Under the pieces are notes generated by a model. It ran no database searches. It was not told the origin of the DNA and saw only the letters and a list, made by a program, of their open reading frames with translations. This document shows, one piece after another, positions 10,762-20,879 of a stretch of 64,000 bases of DNA (positions are counted from its first letter, which is position 1; every line of letters begins with the position of its first letter). The DNA comes from Oikopleura dioica (Eukaryota; Animalia; Chordata), in NCBI GenBank assembly GCA_907165135.1, contig OU015570.1:248001-312000 (forward strand), read 5' to 3'. The translations under genes and the position numbers were made by a program.

Positions 10762-12788
10762 ACGTATGACCGTCTTTTATTAAAAACGTCACCAAAAACG
10801 CTGTTTTTAAGCTTTCAAACCTTCAAAAAAGGGCTGAGATATCAATTGGCAGGATCGTGACCTATATCAATGGAAAGAGAATTTTGAGTTCTTTCAGAAA
10901 ATATAATAACCAAGAAAAAAGTGGGGTGTGGAGGGGGTCATGTGACCAAAAAACTAAAATTGGCCGTTTTTTGGCACTTCAAGGCCGATTTTAACCCCTT
11001 TCCGATTGAGATGAGAGGTTCATGTAATTGAACAAAATGTTCCTCATATACTAATTAATATTTATATTAGGTCGAAACATGTGATTTCACGTGTTTTTTC
11101 GACACGAATTTTTAAGCGTGGAGCCTAACCATAATTATATAAAATAAATGAACGATAGGTCTAAGGTAAAATATGGGTGAGGGTGGGGTTGGGGACAAAG
11201 CTGGACTTAATGAAATCAGCTAAGTAAAGGCCCCGGCCTAAGTCAAGCCCATTTAATTCAAATTTAAAAGCCAGGGATGGGGTTGAGACGGCCCGAAGGC
11301 TTTTAAATTCAAAAGCCATTTTGCTGACAATCGGAGGTGCGAGACTTGCATTGTAGCACCTCGAAAGCTCGAGAAATCTCAATTTTTTGTCTTTCATAGG
11401 ATAATTTCCTGAAATATATTTATAAATCGGTTGAGTTTTTCTGAAAAATTTAACATTTAGACCCTTGTCTATATTCCTAGGGCTTAGGTTGGGATAGATT
11501 CTTTTTTCTCGATTTTCTCGATTTCGTAAAATTTAGGCCATCCTCCAAAAAAAGTATTTTATTCTCGAATTAACAATACAAAATAATATATTTTTACAAT
11601 TTTTTATTTTAAAAAACACGCGATCTTGGGCGAAAAACCTGAAAATGGCAACAAGGGCAACATGGGCAACAAGGGCAACACGGGGCAACAAAGGCAACAA
11701 GGGCATCTAAAAAAACAGCTTCAAGTCTCCAAAACCTGAAAATGGCAACAAGGGCAACATTCCTTCGCTTAGAAAAACAACATCTTCTAGAGATGAAGGC
11801 GTGAAAGTAGAGAAAGTTGGCCTCCTGCAAACTTTCCTTATTTGGAAGTCGTAGGGTGAGCGCGGCGTAAAAGGAAAAATACCGCGCTAAGAACAATTTG
11901 AAATAAAAAAAGTTTTTATTTATATTAATTAAAAAAATACTCATATAAATTGAGTCTTTAAATAATGAAATAAATTTAAAATAAAAAACAAGTTTTAATT
12001 TGAATAAAATTATTATCTTTTTTTTTTGATAAATTATATTATGATTAAATCATAAATTATAATTTATAATTTCGGGCCGTCTCAGCCCCATCCCTGGCAA
12101 ATTTTAATTAAGGGGCTTGAGCGGAAGACCGAGCTAAACTCGAATTCATTTTAAAAAAGTCTGAAACACCCACTCCCTCGCCCGTAATTTACAAAAAACT
12201 GTAAATTTCGCCGATGTTTTGAACGCGGCGCGCTGCGCTCGATCACGCACGGGAGCGCGTGATAGAGGGTGGCCGCGCGAATTTGCGAAAATTTGAGAGC
12301 TAGATATAAAAGCTCTCTTAGTTTTTTCAAAAATTATAATAATTTGATAAAAATAAATAATTATAAAGACAAATTAAGGGTGAGGGTGAGGTTTTTAAAT
12401 AATTAAATAAAAACCATAAGAAAAATATAAACGGGTGTATGAAAATAAGTTGGAAAAAGGGAGTGGGAGGGGTTGGGGACTGAACCGGCCTATGTCAAGC
12501 CCCTTAATTAAAATTTGCCAGGGATGGGGCTGAGCGTTGATTGTTTCCTCCTTCAAATTTTGTGAAACAGTGAAGTTAGTTGTTTTTAAGTCGTCATTTG
12601 ATTTCGGAATGCCATTCGTTGCACAACAATATCATTTTATTTAACTTAATTCGTCTTTGCGGTGTGTTGCCCTCTTGAATTTCCCAGACTACGCCAAGTA
12701 GAACGCAGAAGAATTCATAAAAAACAATTCTAGAGACGCGCTTTTAAAAACAACAACAACTGCCAAATCAAAATCGGCGCAAGTGCTC

Positions 12789-12873
12789 AAAACCTGAAAA
12801 TGGCAACAAGGGCAACATGTTGCCTTTGTTGCTCTTGTTGCCTTTGTTGCCCTTGTTGCCATTTTCAGGTTTT
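12789..12873. mobile_element. 85-bp palindromic mini-MITE with GGCAACAAG repeats
   Basis: AAAACCTGAAAATGGCAACAAGGGCAAC ... GTTGCCCTTGTTGCCATTTTCAGGTTTT; related ends at 11635-11760. Confidence 0.7.
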
Positions 12874-13022
12874 ACCATCTTGGGTGATTTTGCATTTTTG
12901 CCTACTTTGCGGCCTCATTATTACTCAACCCTTTTATAATTTATTTTGGAAAAAGGGTCAAAATGCTTGTTGTTGTATTCGACTAAATGCGAAAAAGATC
13001 CCAATTATAATAGCAAACAACC

Positions 13023-13094
13023 GGTGAGATGGTGTAATGGTTAACACACCGCGCTACGTAGCTAGAGTCCTAGGTTCGATTCCTAGTCTTAACA
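13023..13094 (+). tRNA. tRNA-like cloverleaf in 5' LTR (non-decoding)
   Basis: D stem GTGT/ACAC; T arm CTAGG-TTCGATT-CCTAG; acceptor 6/7 paired; anticodon stem unpaired. Confidence 0.7.
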
Positions 13095-13424
13095 AAACAT
13101 TTTCATTCTTGTTGTGACGGGACCACAACAAATTGGTGGTAGCAATGGCAGGGTTGTCTGAGGCAGGGACACCCTGAGAACCATAAAAGCAAGTACAGTG
13201 TGGATTCAAAGGCAGGCGGGTAAAACTAGCGAAATTGGCAAAAAGCATGCCAAGCCCAAAAGCAGAGTGAAATAAAATCCTTAGAAAGGTAATGTCAACG
13301 CTAGGACACGGCCATAAGGTGAACCACACGCGGAAAGCATAGCATACCCAGAATAATTGGCATCTTGGGGGATGTTGTATTCGACTAAATGCGACAAAGA
13401 TCCCAATTATAATAGCAAACAACC

Positions 13425-13496
13425 GGTGAGATGGTGTAATGGTTAACACACCGCGCTACGTAGCTAGAGTCCTAGGTTCGATTCCTAGTCTTACCA
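13425..13496 (+). tRNA. tRNA-like cloverleaf in 3' LTR (non-decoding)
   Basis: 72 nt; 7/7 acceptor GGTGAGA/TCTTACC with discriminator A; perfect D and T arms; A and B boxes; TTTT at 13502-13505. Only 2 of 5 anticodon-stem pairs form. Confidence 0.78.
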
Positions 13497-14097
13497 AAAC
13501 ATTTTCATTCTTGTTGTGACGGGACCACAACATTGTTTATTACAGTTGTTTCACATATCTAATTTTGAGAATCATACGAGCATTATTTCGGGTAGCTATT
13601 TTTTGAGCGTGGACCCTACTTATATCCTGTCATAATGAGGGGATTAGTACAGTAACTCGGTGTGAAGCCGGTGTCGCGCAGCGTCGAGCGCGCCTATTCA
13701 GCCAAAATCATGCAGATTCCCCACCGCGCGAAGGGGGCTTCCTGATAAATCCCCTGATTACGATCTTATACAAATAAAAATCGAAGACAACGCGAACTTG
13801 GACCTGGTCAAAATTGAATGCGCTTTTTGATGAGGGTATATATAACTTCGAGTGACAAGTATTTTAGGAGCTGATTCCTTTTGAAGTTGAGCGTCACTTT
13901 TTCTCTCTCCTGAATTTAAAAATTATGATATGAAAAAAATCTCCAATTCAAATTGGAGAACAAAGAGGAGAAAAATTAAGACTAGATCTGATATTTTCAT
14001 GAAATTTGATGAAGGTAAGAAAAAGTTCTGCGCTCCTGAAAAGCGGCGCGAGCTCGCTTCGGGTGGTCCCTTAATCAACCAGGACTGTGTATTTAAT

Positions 14098-14900
14098 TTA
14101 GATTATATAAACTTGTTGATGCTGAATTTGTTTATTCAACGGAGGATTATGAAGACGAATCTGTAATTCTTCCATTTGTACTCTCTTTTTGTATGCTAAG
14201 TTTCGGTGTAAGACTGAAAACATTTTACTAGGATAGTCGAATCTAGATTTAAAATTGTTCTGTTCATATTCATCATTGAATCGAGTTTGGAAATTTCACA
14301 GTTCTCAGTATGAGAGAAAACTGCTGTTTGTTTGGACCTTTGTTGGTGGTCAATGATTCTAGATTTAAGGCATTCACTCTCACCGATTTAAACTGCGCCG
14401 CAGTGACATTCAAATCGGTAAACAGTATTAACAGCCATTTTATAATCAATCTTAGGTAACAGATTGGCAACAATTAAATAACGAATAGATACTGTCCTCA
14501 ATGCCGTGTGCAGATTGTAAGAAGGGAGAAAGGTTGAAATTGTTTTTCGCAATTCACTTGTTATTTTACTGACTCGTTGAGAAGTGAATGGAATGCATAT
14601 AGTAAAATTTCTTTCAGGAAACTTGCTTTTTTCGAGTTTCAAATCTTTTTTCTCAATTTTACCTTCTTTAATCACACTAGTTGCATCACGGATAGTTTCT
14701 AAAGGGTAACCTTGGGCATGATATTTCTCCTCAATTTCTTTTCGCTCTTCCTCCAGACATTCGGAGACATTCCCAGGGCAACCTCAAAAAAACTCTTTGC
14801 AATGTCATCTACCAATACAGCTTTATCTTCAGCATCTTTTCTTTCTTCATCTTGATTATCTTTTATAAATTCTGGGCCATTTTTCTTGACACAACCATGA
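14098..14900 (-). pseudogene. Penelope-like element remnant (RT C-terminus + GIY-YIG endonuclease)
   Basis: AQGYPLETI; TICIPFTSQRVS; VYRFECHCGAV*IGES...RIIDH; ends FSVLHRNLAYKKRVQMEELQIRLHNPPLNKQ...YII*. Contains a stop and a frameshift. Confidence 0.85.
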
Positions 14901-15126
14901 AAGAAAAACGACGGTACTGAAAATGTGACGAAAACAACAAAAACATGTCTTTTTCTCGTTACATTTTCAATAAAATTCTAGAGATTTTTTGTTTTACTTA
15001 TTTCACCCCTTGAGTTTCCTACCATTTCACCCGCGGAGCGGGTGTATTCACTGGATTTATCTCTAAGAAACAAACTTAATCAGAAAATAAACCTTTTTAA
15101 ATCCTATTGTGTACTTTTTTTACTTA

Positions 15127-15512
15127 CAGTTGGTTTCCTAATTTCCGGACTAATTTTGTCCCCTGGTTTCCAAAAAAATGTCCGGAAATTTGGGTCACCG
15201 GAAAAAGTTTTATGTCCCACCAAGTATTCTTAATAAAGCATTGCTACAGGGTCAATACAAAGAGATTATGAAAGAAAAACCACTTAATGACCTTAAGTTT
15301 TTACTCTTCTTCTTCAACCTCGCGAACAAGCTCAGCTTGCGCCCAAAAAGAAGTTAATTTAATCGTAAATTGATTCCTTTTTTAGAGAAAATAATCGCTA
15401 ATTAATACAACTTTGAAAAAAAGTCCGGAAATTTGGACAATGGTCGATTTTGTAGTGTCCCACTAAGATGCCTTAAAATCTGAAAAATGTCCGGAAATTT
15501 GGAAACCAACTG
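15127..15512. mobile_element. Tc1/mariner-type MITE nested in the 14907-15674 MITE
   Basis: TA-CAGTTGGTTTCC...GGAAACCAACTG-TA; absent from the paralog at about 7590. Confidence 0.85.
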
Positions 15513-15712
15513 TATTTGCCCTTTTACAGATGTTCTCACGTCGTATGAAATTTTTCATCTAAATATCGCTTTTTCGAAAAAGTTTCTAGAACCAGCTGAT
15601 GAACAACAACATGTCTCTGTTTTCGTTACATTTTCAGTGAACTCGTTACATTCGTTACATTTTCAGTGGCGACCAAGAAAAACGATAATTGAAAGTCATA
15701 TCTATTTGATAA

Positions 15713-15904
15713 ACTACTATCGTGGATCTTTTTTAGGGCGCCTGTGACTCATTAAAAAAAGAGGAAAGTCAAGGCCACGTTGCAGGCTCGCCTTTCCTCA
15801 TTTGATTTGAACTCGCACATCTAGAGAAAGTCTTCGTTGTGCGCGCTGGCTTTCCTTTTTTTTTATGAGTCAAAGGCGCCGTAAAAAAGATCCACGATGG
15901 TAGT
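15713..15904. mobile_element. MITE, ~40-bp TIRs
   Basis: ACTACTATCGTGGATCTTTTTTAGGGCGCC / GGCGCCGTAAAAAAGATCCACGATGGTAGT. Confidence 0.7.
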
Positions 15905-16368
15905 CTTCAAAAATTTTTTCGGTCCAAGAATCATGGATTTTTAAGGTTCAAGTCCCGAGAAATCATCAATTTACTGAACTTGTTCCAGTCTTTTTGTGAG
16001 CAAGGCTTTCAGGAGCGTCTACGGTAGACTCTACCAATCACTGATTGGCAATCAGCGCGCACCGGAAAACAGAAAATCGCCACAAGCATCGTGGATTGAA
16101 AAAACAACTCCCAAAAATTCATTTTTGACGATTGCAAGGTGCGCGAGTAAAAATTTTTGGCTGCCGGGACAAAACCCTGACACCCCCTCCGAGCCGAGCA
16201 ATCAACCTCACTTTCCTACTAGACCTCCCATTGCGGCGCTCAAGAGCCAACTACGCTCAATAACTCTCAAATGCCCTGCTCATCTTTTTCCTATGCGAAA
16301 GTCCTGCTAGAACAACTGATAACGCGGAATTTTCATTTCATTATTTTATTTCATGATCTTTTCATTTT

Positions 16369-18629
16369 TTATTCTACAGGAAAAGTTAAAACAGGCGGAA
16401 AGAAAACATTTGTCAGTGGAGTTCCAAGTTGTTTGGTGAGTGGAATGATATTTTCCTGGATAAAATCTTTCGGAGAATTATGAATGTAGATGATAATAAA
16501 TTGAACCCAATCGTATTTATCTCGGACTTCTTTCGCCCGAAAGTTAAAATCCTCGTTTTCAACGCTGAGTGAATTCTCAAATTTGAAATCAAAGATTTTG
16601 TCACTCGCGTTTGCGATAGAGTTCGAATTATTATCAAATAATTGTTTTAGTTTACTGTTAATCGATTCCGAATAATTGTTCGTTAAATTAAATTCCTGGC
16701 TACATAGATTTCCGTAAAGATTCCATCCATTGCGAGAAGAACTATTTACATAAGTAGCAATAAAATATTTAACAAATTGACGAAAACCAGGCTGAAATGA
16801 TTCAGAAAAGGTCAAAATGTAGTCGTTCAGAGCGGCAAAGAAATGGTCAAGATAAGAAGGATCAAGGAATGGCAGTCCTTTCATCAAATTAAAAAACTCG
16901 CGAACTTCCGGATTTTTTGAAGGGAGAAATTTCGTAAATTCTTTTAGCTTTTTTTTTAATGATTCCAGAAGATAGTAATAACATTGAGAAACAGTCCCAT
17001 CGAACTGTTTTTCAAAAGAATGTTTAACTCCCGGTTCAAAATCAGTAAGAAGAAAAGAAATTTGTAATGGGCGGTTGAATCTCAGTTGATATCTGTCTTT
17101 TAACAAGCAAAATAATTTATCATATAGTTCAATCTTGCGAGATTTCATAAAAGCGAAGATAATTGGATAAGCTCGACTTTTTTCAGGATCAGATTGACAC
17201 GGAAGGCGCGCTGACATAATATATAGTTGTTGAAAATCAAGATTTCGCACAGGAGTCCATGTCCCGTCTCCAAATACTGGTGAGAATTCTGGCATATGAT
17301 AATCTTTTCTAGAAGAGTGATTCATAAGATCAAGCTCATGCTCTAAATAAAAAACTGTCATATCCTCATTTTCTACTTGTAGAAAATCAACTTGCACATC
17401 TTTTTTAAGCTCTCGATCGAATATGAACATTTTTTTATTTAGCTCAGGAACTTGATCTTTCGCCACACTTTCTGTTGATCGCTGTATCGTTTTTTTAACA
17501 AGTTCCGAAATTTTCTTTTTATCATAGCCAATCTCATCATTGACTCGTCCTGTTGAAATAATTTTATTTATACCAGAAGTATTGAATACTTTCCGAGTCT
17601 GGTTTTGGTGTGAACTCCTTGCGATATCTTTATTGACACTTCGAAAAGACTGATTTATAATAGCAAGAGGCAGTTTCTCGCAAGAATGATTATTTTCAGC
17701 AGTAATAAGTTCATAATTTGATAGGTTATATCTATCAGAATACTCGAAATTGAATTTGTATCTTTTTCGCATTTGAATTTTGACTTCGGTTTCATTCTTA
17801 CGTTTTTTTGTTTCTTTGAGTTCGGTGATGATCATTTCTTCCTTCATGCATTTAACTTTGGCTTTGGCTTTACATTTCTTTTCTGAGCACTCAAGTAAAA
17901 TCATGGATGCAGAACTGGCGCTCTGAATGACGAGTTTTCGTCTGGTATTCTTTTCTCCATGCTGTATCCACCAAGCAACTCCGTTTCTTCGGTTCGATTC
18001 TGTAATTCCGATCAACTCTCCGCGTTCTTCAGAGCCTCTTATTTCATCAGTATCAAAAGTTTCAAGGGTCGTCACTTCCAACCTTTCGGGATCCCGAATG
18101 TTTCGGGATTTCCCGAATGTTTCGGGATTTGTCCCGAATCTTTCGGGATTTCCCGAATCTTTCGGGATCGCCCGAATCTTTCGGGAGTTTTGTTGAGGAT
18201 AACGTTAAAAAAAGTGGCATAAATGCCGAATTAGGGCATTTTACTAATCAAAAAGATCACTCTATCTGCCTTCGTCGACTTCGATGGTCTAAGAAGGCCA
18301 GACTTTTTATAAATGTTGAATTTGTAGTCAAAGAGAATGTGTGCGCTCCGCGTCTGTTTTATAGAGTAATTCATGAGTTATAGATCCATTTTTTCGAGTT
18401 AATTATTTTTTTTCCTTCGCGCCTCCATTTTCTCCAATAAAGATGTACTTTAACGTTACTGTTTGGGTTTAAATATTTTCTTGGACAAAAATTATTGAAA
18501 ATCATCCCCGAAAGGTTCGAAGACAAAAAGGCCCTTTTTTACTGCGAACGTTTCGGGAAATCCCGAAACATTCGGGATCCCGAAGGGTTGGAAGATTCAA
18601 CCAGTTTCAAGTTGTTTTTTCAAATCCAT
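16369..18629 (-). CDS. Mutator (MULE) transposase; true start at 18629, interrupted by a MITE
   Basis: N-terminal C-x4-C...HxC finger; FGDGTW (D), LTDFE (D), TNNYSESIN (E); CxxH reads CYYY. Removing 18067-18602 plus one TSD copy gives MDLKKQLETFDTDE in frame. The element's own TIRs were not found. Confidence 0.9.
18067..18602. mobile_element. MULE-type MITE, 536 bp
   Basis: Perfect 9-bp TSD AGTTTCAAG at 18058-18066 and 18603-18611; TIR core CTTCCAACC(T/C)TTCGGGATCCCGAA; partial second copy at about 24615-24786. Confidence 0.92.
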
Positions 18630-19471
18630 TTTTTGGATTTTTTAGAATGAGAGAAGAAAAGAAATGGTCCCGGCTTATATGCGAAATTTTCGCGAATCAG
18701 CCATTCTATTTTTAGGAATGAATATCCCAGTATCGAACTAGAAAGGCGGCAAAAAAACGTGACAACTCTTCGTCGAAGAGTCATCGAAAACGGCCGGCTT
18801 TGGTGGGAGAAAATTCATTCATCGGACAGATTACACTTCTATTTACGCGCCTCTTTAATTCGCAGCCTTATCGCCACTCCATTCGAAAATTCCAAATCCT
18901 CATTGTCTCCTCCATGATATCAGCAGAAAATTATCAATTCTAATTGCCCCTACCTTCGGTAACCCTAACTAACCCTAGCCTATCCCCCTCGGGTGAAACT
19001 GTTCTGTCATTTTGCGCGGTGCCCCCTAACACTAACCTTAAAATTAAGCCAATCATTAATTTATACTAATCATAGATAAAATTTGCTCATCCATCAGCAG
19101 AGTCTTTCAGAGGGAAGAGAGAAGCGAATTTGAATTGAGCGGCTCTTACAGCGAGACTATTGCTCGCGAGCGCTACTCTGCAAAGGCTGGTAGCGAGGTG
19201 CAGTATCTCGGCTGGCGGGGGGTGTCAGGGTTTTGTCCCGTTTCCCAAATTTTTGCAGACTTTGAATCCTCGTCAAAATTAACGTTAGTCCAGCATTTGA
19301 AATTTCCAAAATTTCAAAAACTTCACTCTTATCGAAAAAATCCGACGGCACTGAAAATGTCACGAATGTCACGAAATTGACCACTTATTTCGTGACATCG
19401 TCAGTAAAAGGGTTCGAAAAATTTGAGTTTTGCGTGCAGTAAGAGTTGGGCCCCGCCAACACAATGAGTTA

Positions 19472-19881
19472 CAGTTATTTATGGAATTTGTGGACATTTT
19501 TTGTCCCCTAGTTTTCTGAAAAATGTCCACAAATTTGATAAAGAGCCTCGAAAAAAATGTCCCAACGAACTTGTTTAAATTTTTTCCTAGAAAGAAAATT
19601 TGATGATTTTTCTCAAAAAATAATGAGAAAAAGAATACAAGATTGAATCTAAAGACGTAAATCTAGACAAAAATTAAGATTTTTGACGAAAAACAGTTCT
19701 TTGCAGGTAAAATTGGCTTCAATTACGAAAGTAAGACCATAAATTTAGAAGTAAAAGATATCAATTGAGAAAAAATGTCCACAAAGTTGATACCCTCTTT
19801 TTTTGAATATGTCCCAAGAAAACCCCTTATAATCTGAAAAATGTCCACAAATTTGATGTCCACAAATTCCATAAAAAACTG
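19472..19881. mobile_element. Tc1-type MITE family, copy A (others at 39893-40289, 47023-47758, 57889-58242)
   Basis: TA-CAGTT(A/T)TTTATGGAATTTGTGGACA ... TGTCCACAAATTCCATAA(A/T)AACTG-TA in four copies. Confidence 0.88.
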
Positions 19882-20583
19882 TATCTATGTTATGAGTTAA
19901 AATAATGGAAGTCAATTTTTCGAATTTCGTGACATTTTCAGCCAACTCGTGACATTCGTGACATTCGTAACAGTTTCAGTACCTGCCAAAAAATCACCCC
20001 TTTACATATCATTTTTACGAAAATGACATATAATTATCTAAAGATTTTTGCATTATTAGAATCGCCGTAAAAAATTCTCCAAGCTGATCGGGCTTGATAA
20101 GTATCAAGGCCCTTTTTCGGGTACCTAAAAATTTATGCGATATCCATTAATATGAAGCAAGTCTTATATGTAGCAGCGGTTTTTATGGGACGTAGTATGT
20201 GTAGCATGAAGCAGGGAATTTTTTTAGGGATGTTACACGTGAAGCATGGAGCAGCTACATATTGCTTAATTTGGAATTCTGTTCCTGTAACGACATACTC
20301 TAGACTGTCTAGGAGTCCCAAAATTTTGTTGTTTCTTATTTTTGATGAGTTTATATTCGCTGTTATGGCTTAACGTATTCGGCTCTCGTTAGTTATGACC
20401 TTTAGAGCCAGCATTGAAATTTTTACTTAATGCATAAATAACAATATGTATTTTACGGACGAATAAGACCAAAGACCGAGTTCTGTTCGCCTGGTTAGTC
20501 ACAAGACATAACCTGTGTGACTCTGCTAAATATAATATAATTAATATTCCAAAGGTTAAGCCGTCAAAGGTTGTCCGGGACAG

Positions 20584-20879
20584 ATGAGACATATTGCTAT
20601 GTCGGGAAATCCTATTGGAGAAGTTAATGCTGCTGAGAAGCATTGTGAGCCAGGCCAAGTTGTTATGTCTCCAAATGCTTGGGAACTTTGCAACAGAGAT
20701 ATATTTAAGGGTTATGAAGTTGGCTCTGGTCATTTTAAGTTTTTCAAAGTTGAATATCTAACAACGACTACCATTTGTCCTGTCAATGTTGTACCGAGAA
20801 ACCGCGATTGGCAATTAGAGACAGTAAAAACTGATGACGAGTTTAACAGAATTGCTTGCCTTATAAAAAGAGACTCAAA
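20584..20879 (+). CDS. ADCY10: Soluble adenylyl cyclase-like exon (end of C1 and linker)
   Basis: RHIAMSGNPIGEVNAAEKHCEPGQVVMSPNAWELCNR resembles sAC ..VILSPNCWQLCDR (recalled human sequence); AG before 20584. Confidence 0.7.

Larger units (their letters stand above)
12971..13532 (+). mobile_element. TRIM (non-autonomous mini LTR element) with tRNA-like sequence in each LTR
   Basis: 160-bp LTRs at 12971-13130 and 13373-13532 (2 differences), TGTTG...CAACA ends, 4-bp TSD TTGT, PBS TGGTGGTAGC at 13134, GGGGGA at 13367-13372. Empty-site paralog of the flanking repeat near 38925-38945. Confidence 0.92.
7135..14064. repeat. Inverted arms (about 7135-7985 and 13600-14064) enclosing a 5.6-kb MITE nest
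   Basis: ACCCGCAGCGAGCTCGCGCCGCTTTT... at 7135 is the reverse complement of ...AAAAGCGGCGCGAGCTCGCTTCGGGT at 14064. Similarity continues inward once the 7350-7775 insert is removed. No TSD found. Confidence 0.6.

Noticed and set aside
13023-13496. Functional tRNA-Arg(ACG) genes
   Set aside because: The loop reads CT-ACG-TA, but only 2 of 5 anticodon-stem pairs form and both copies lie inside LTRs.
6880-14900. The 14-kb Penelope ORF and the 6.9-kb hammerhead as one element split by the 7135-14064 insertion
   Set aside because: Orientation fits, but there is no TSD, and the sequence after the 14098 stop does not match the stop-TACCG-hairpin junction seen at 44027.
20152-20373. Upstream cyclase C1 exon (MLHVKHGAA resembling IRVKIGLAA)
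   Set aside because: Similarity too weak by eye and no splice boundaries established; worth a tblastn check.
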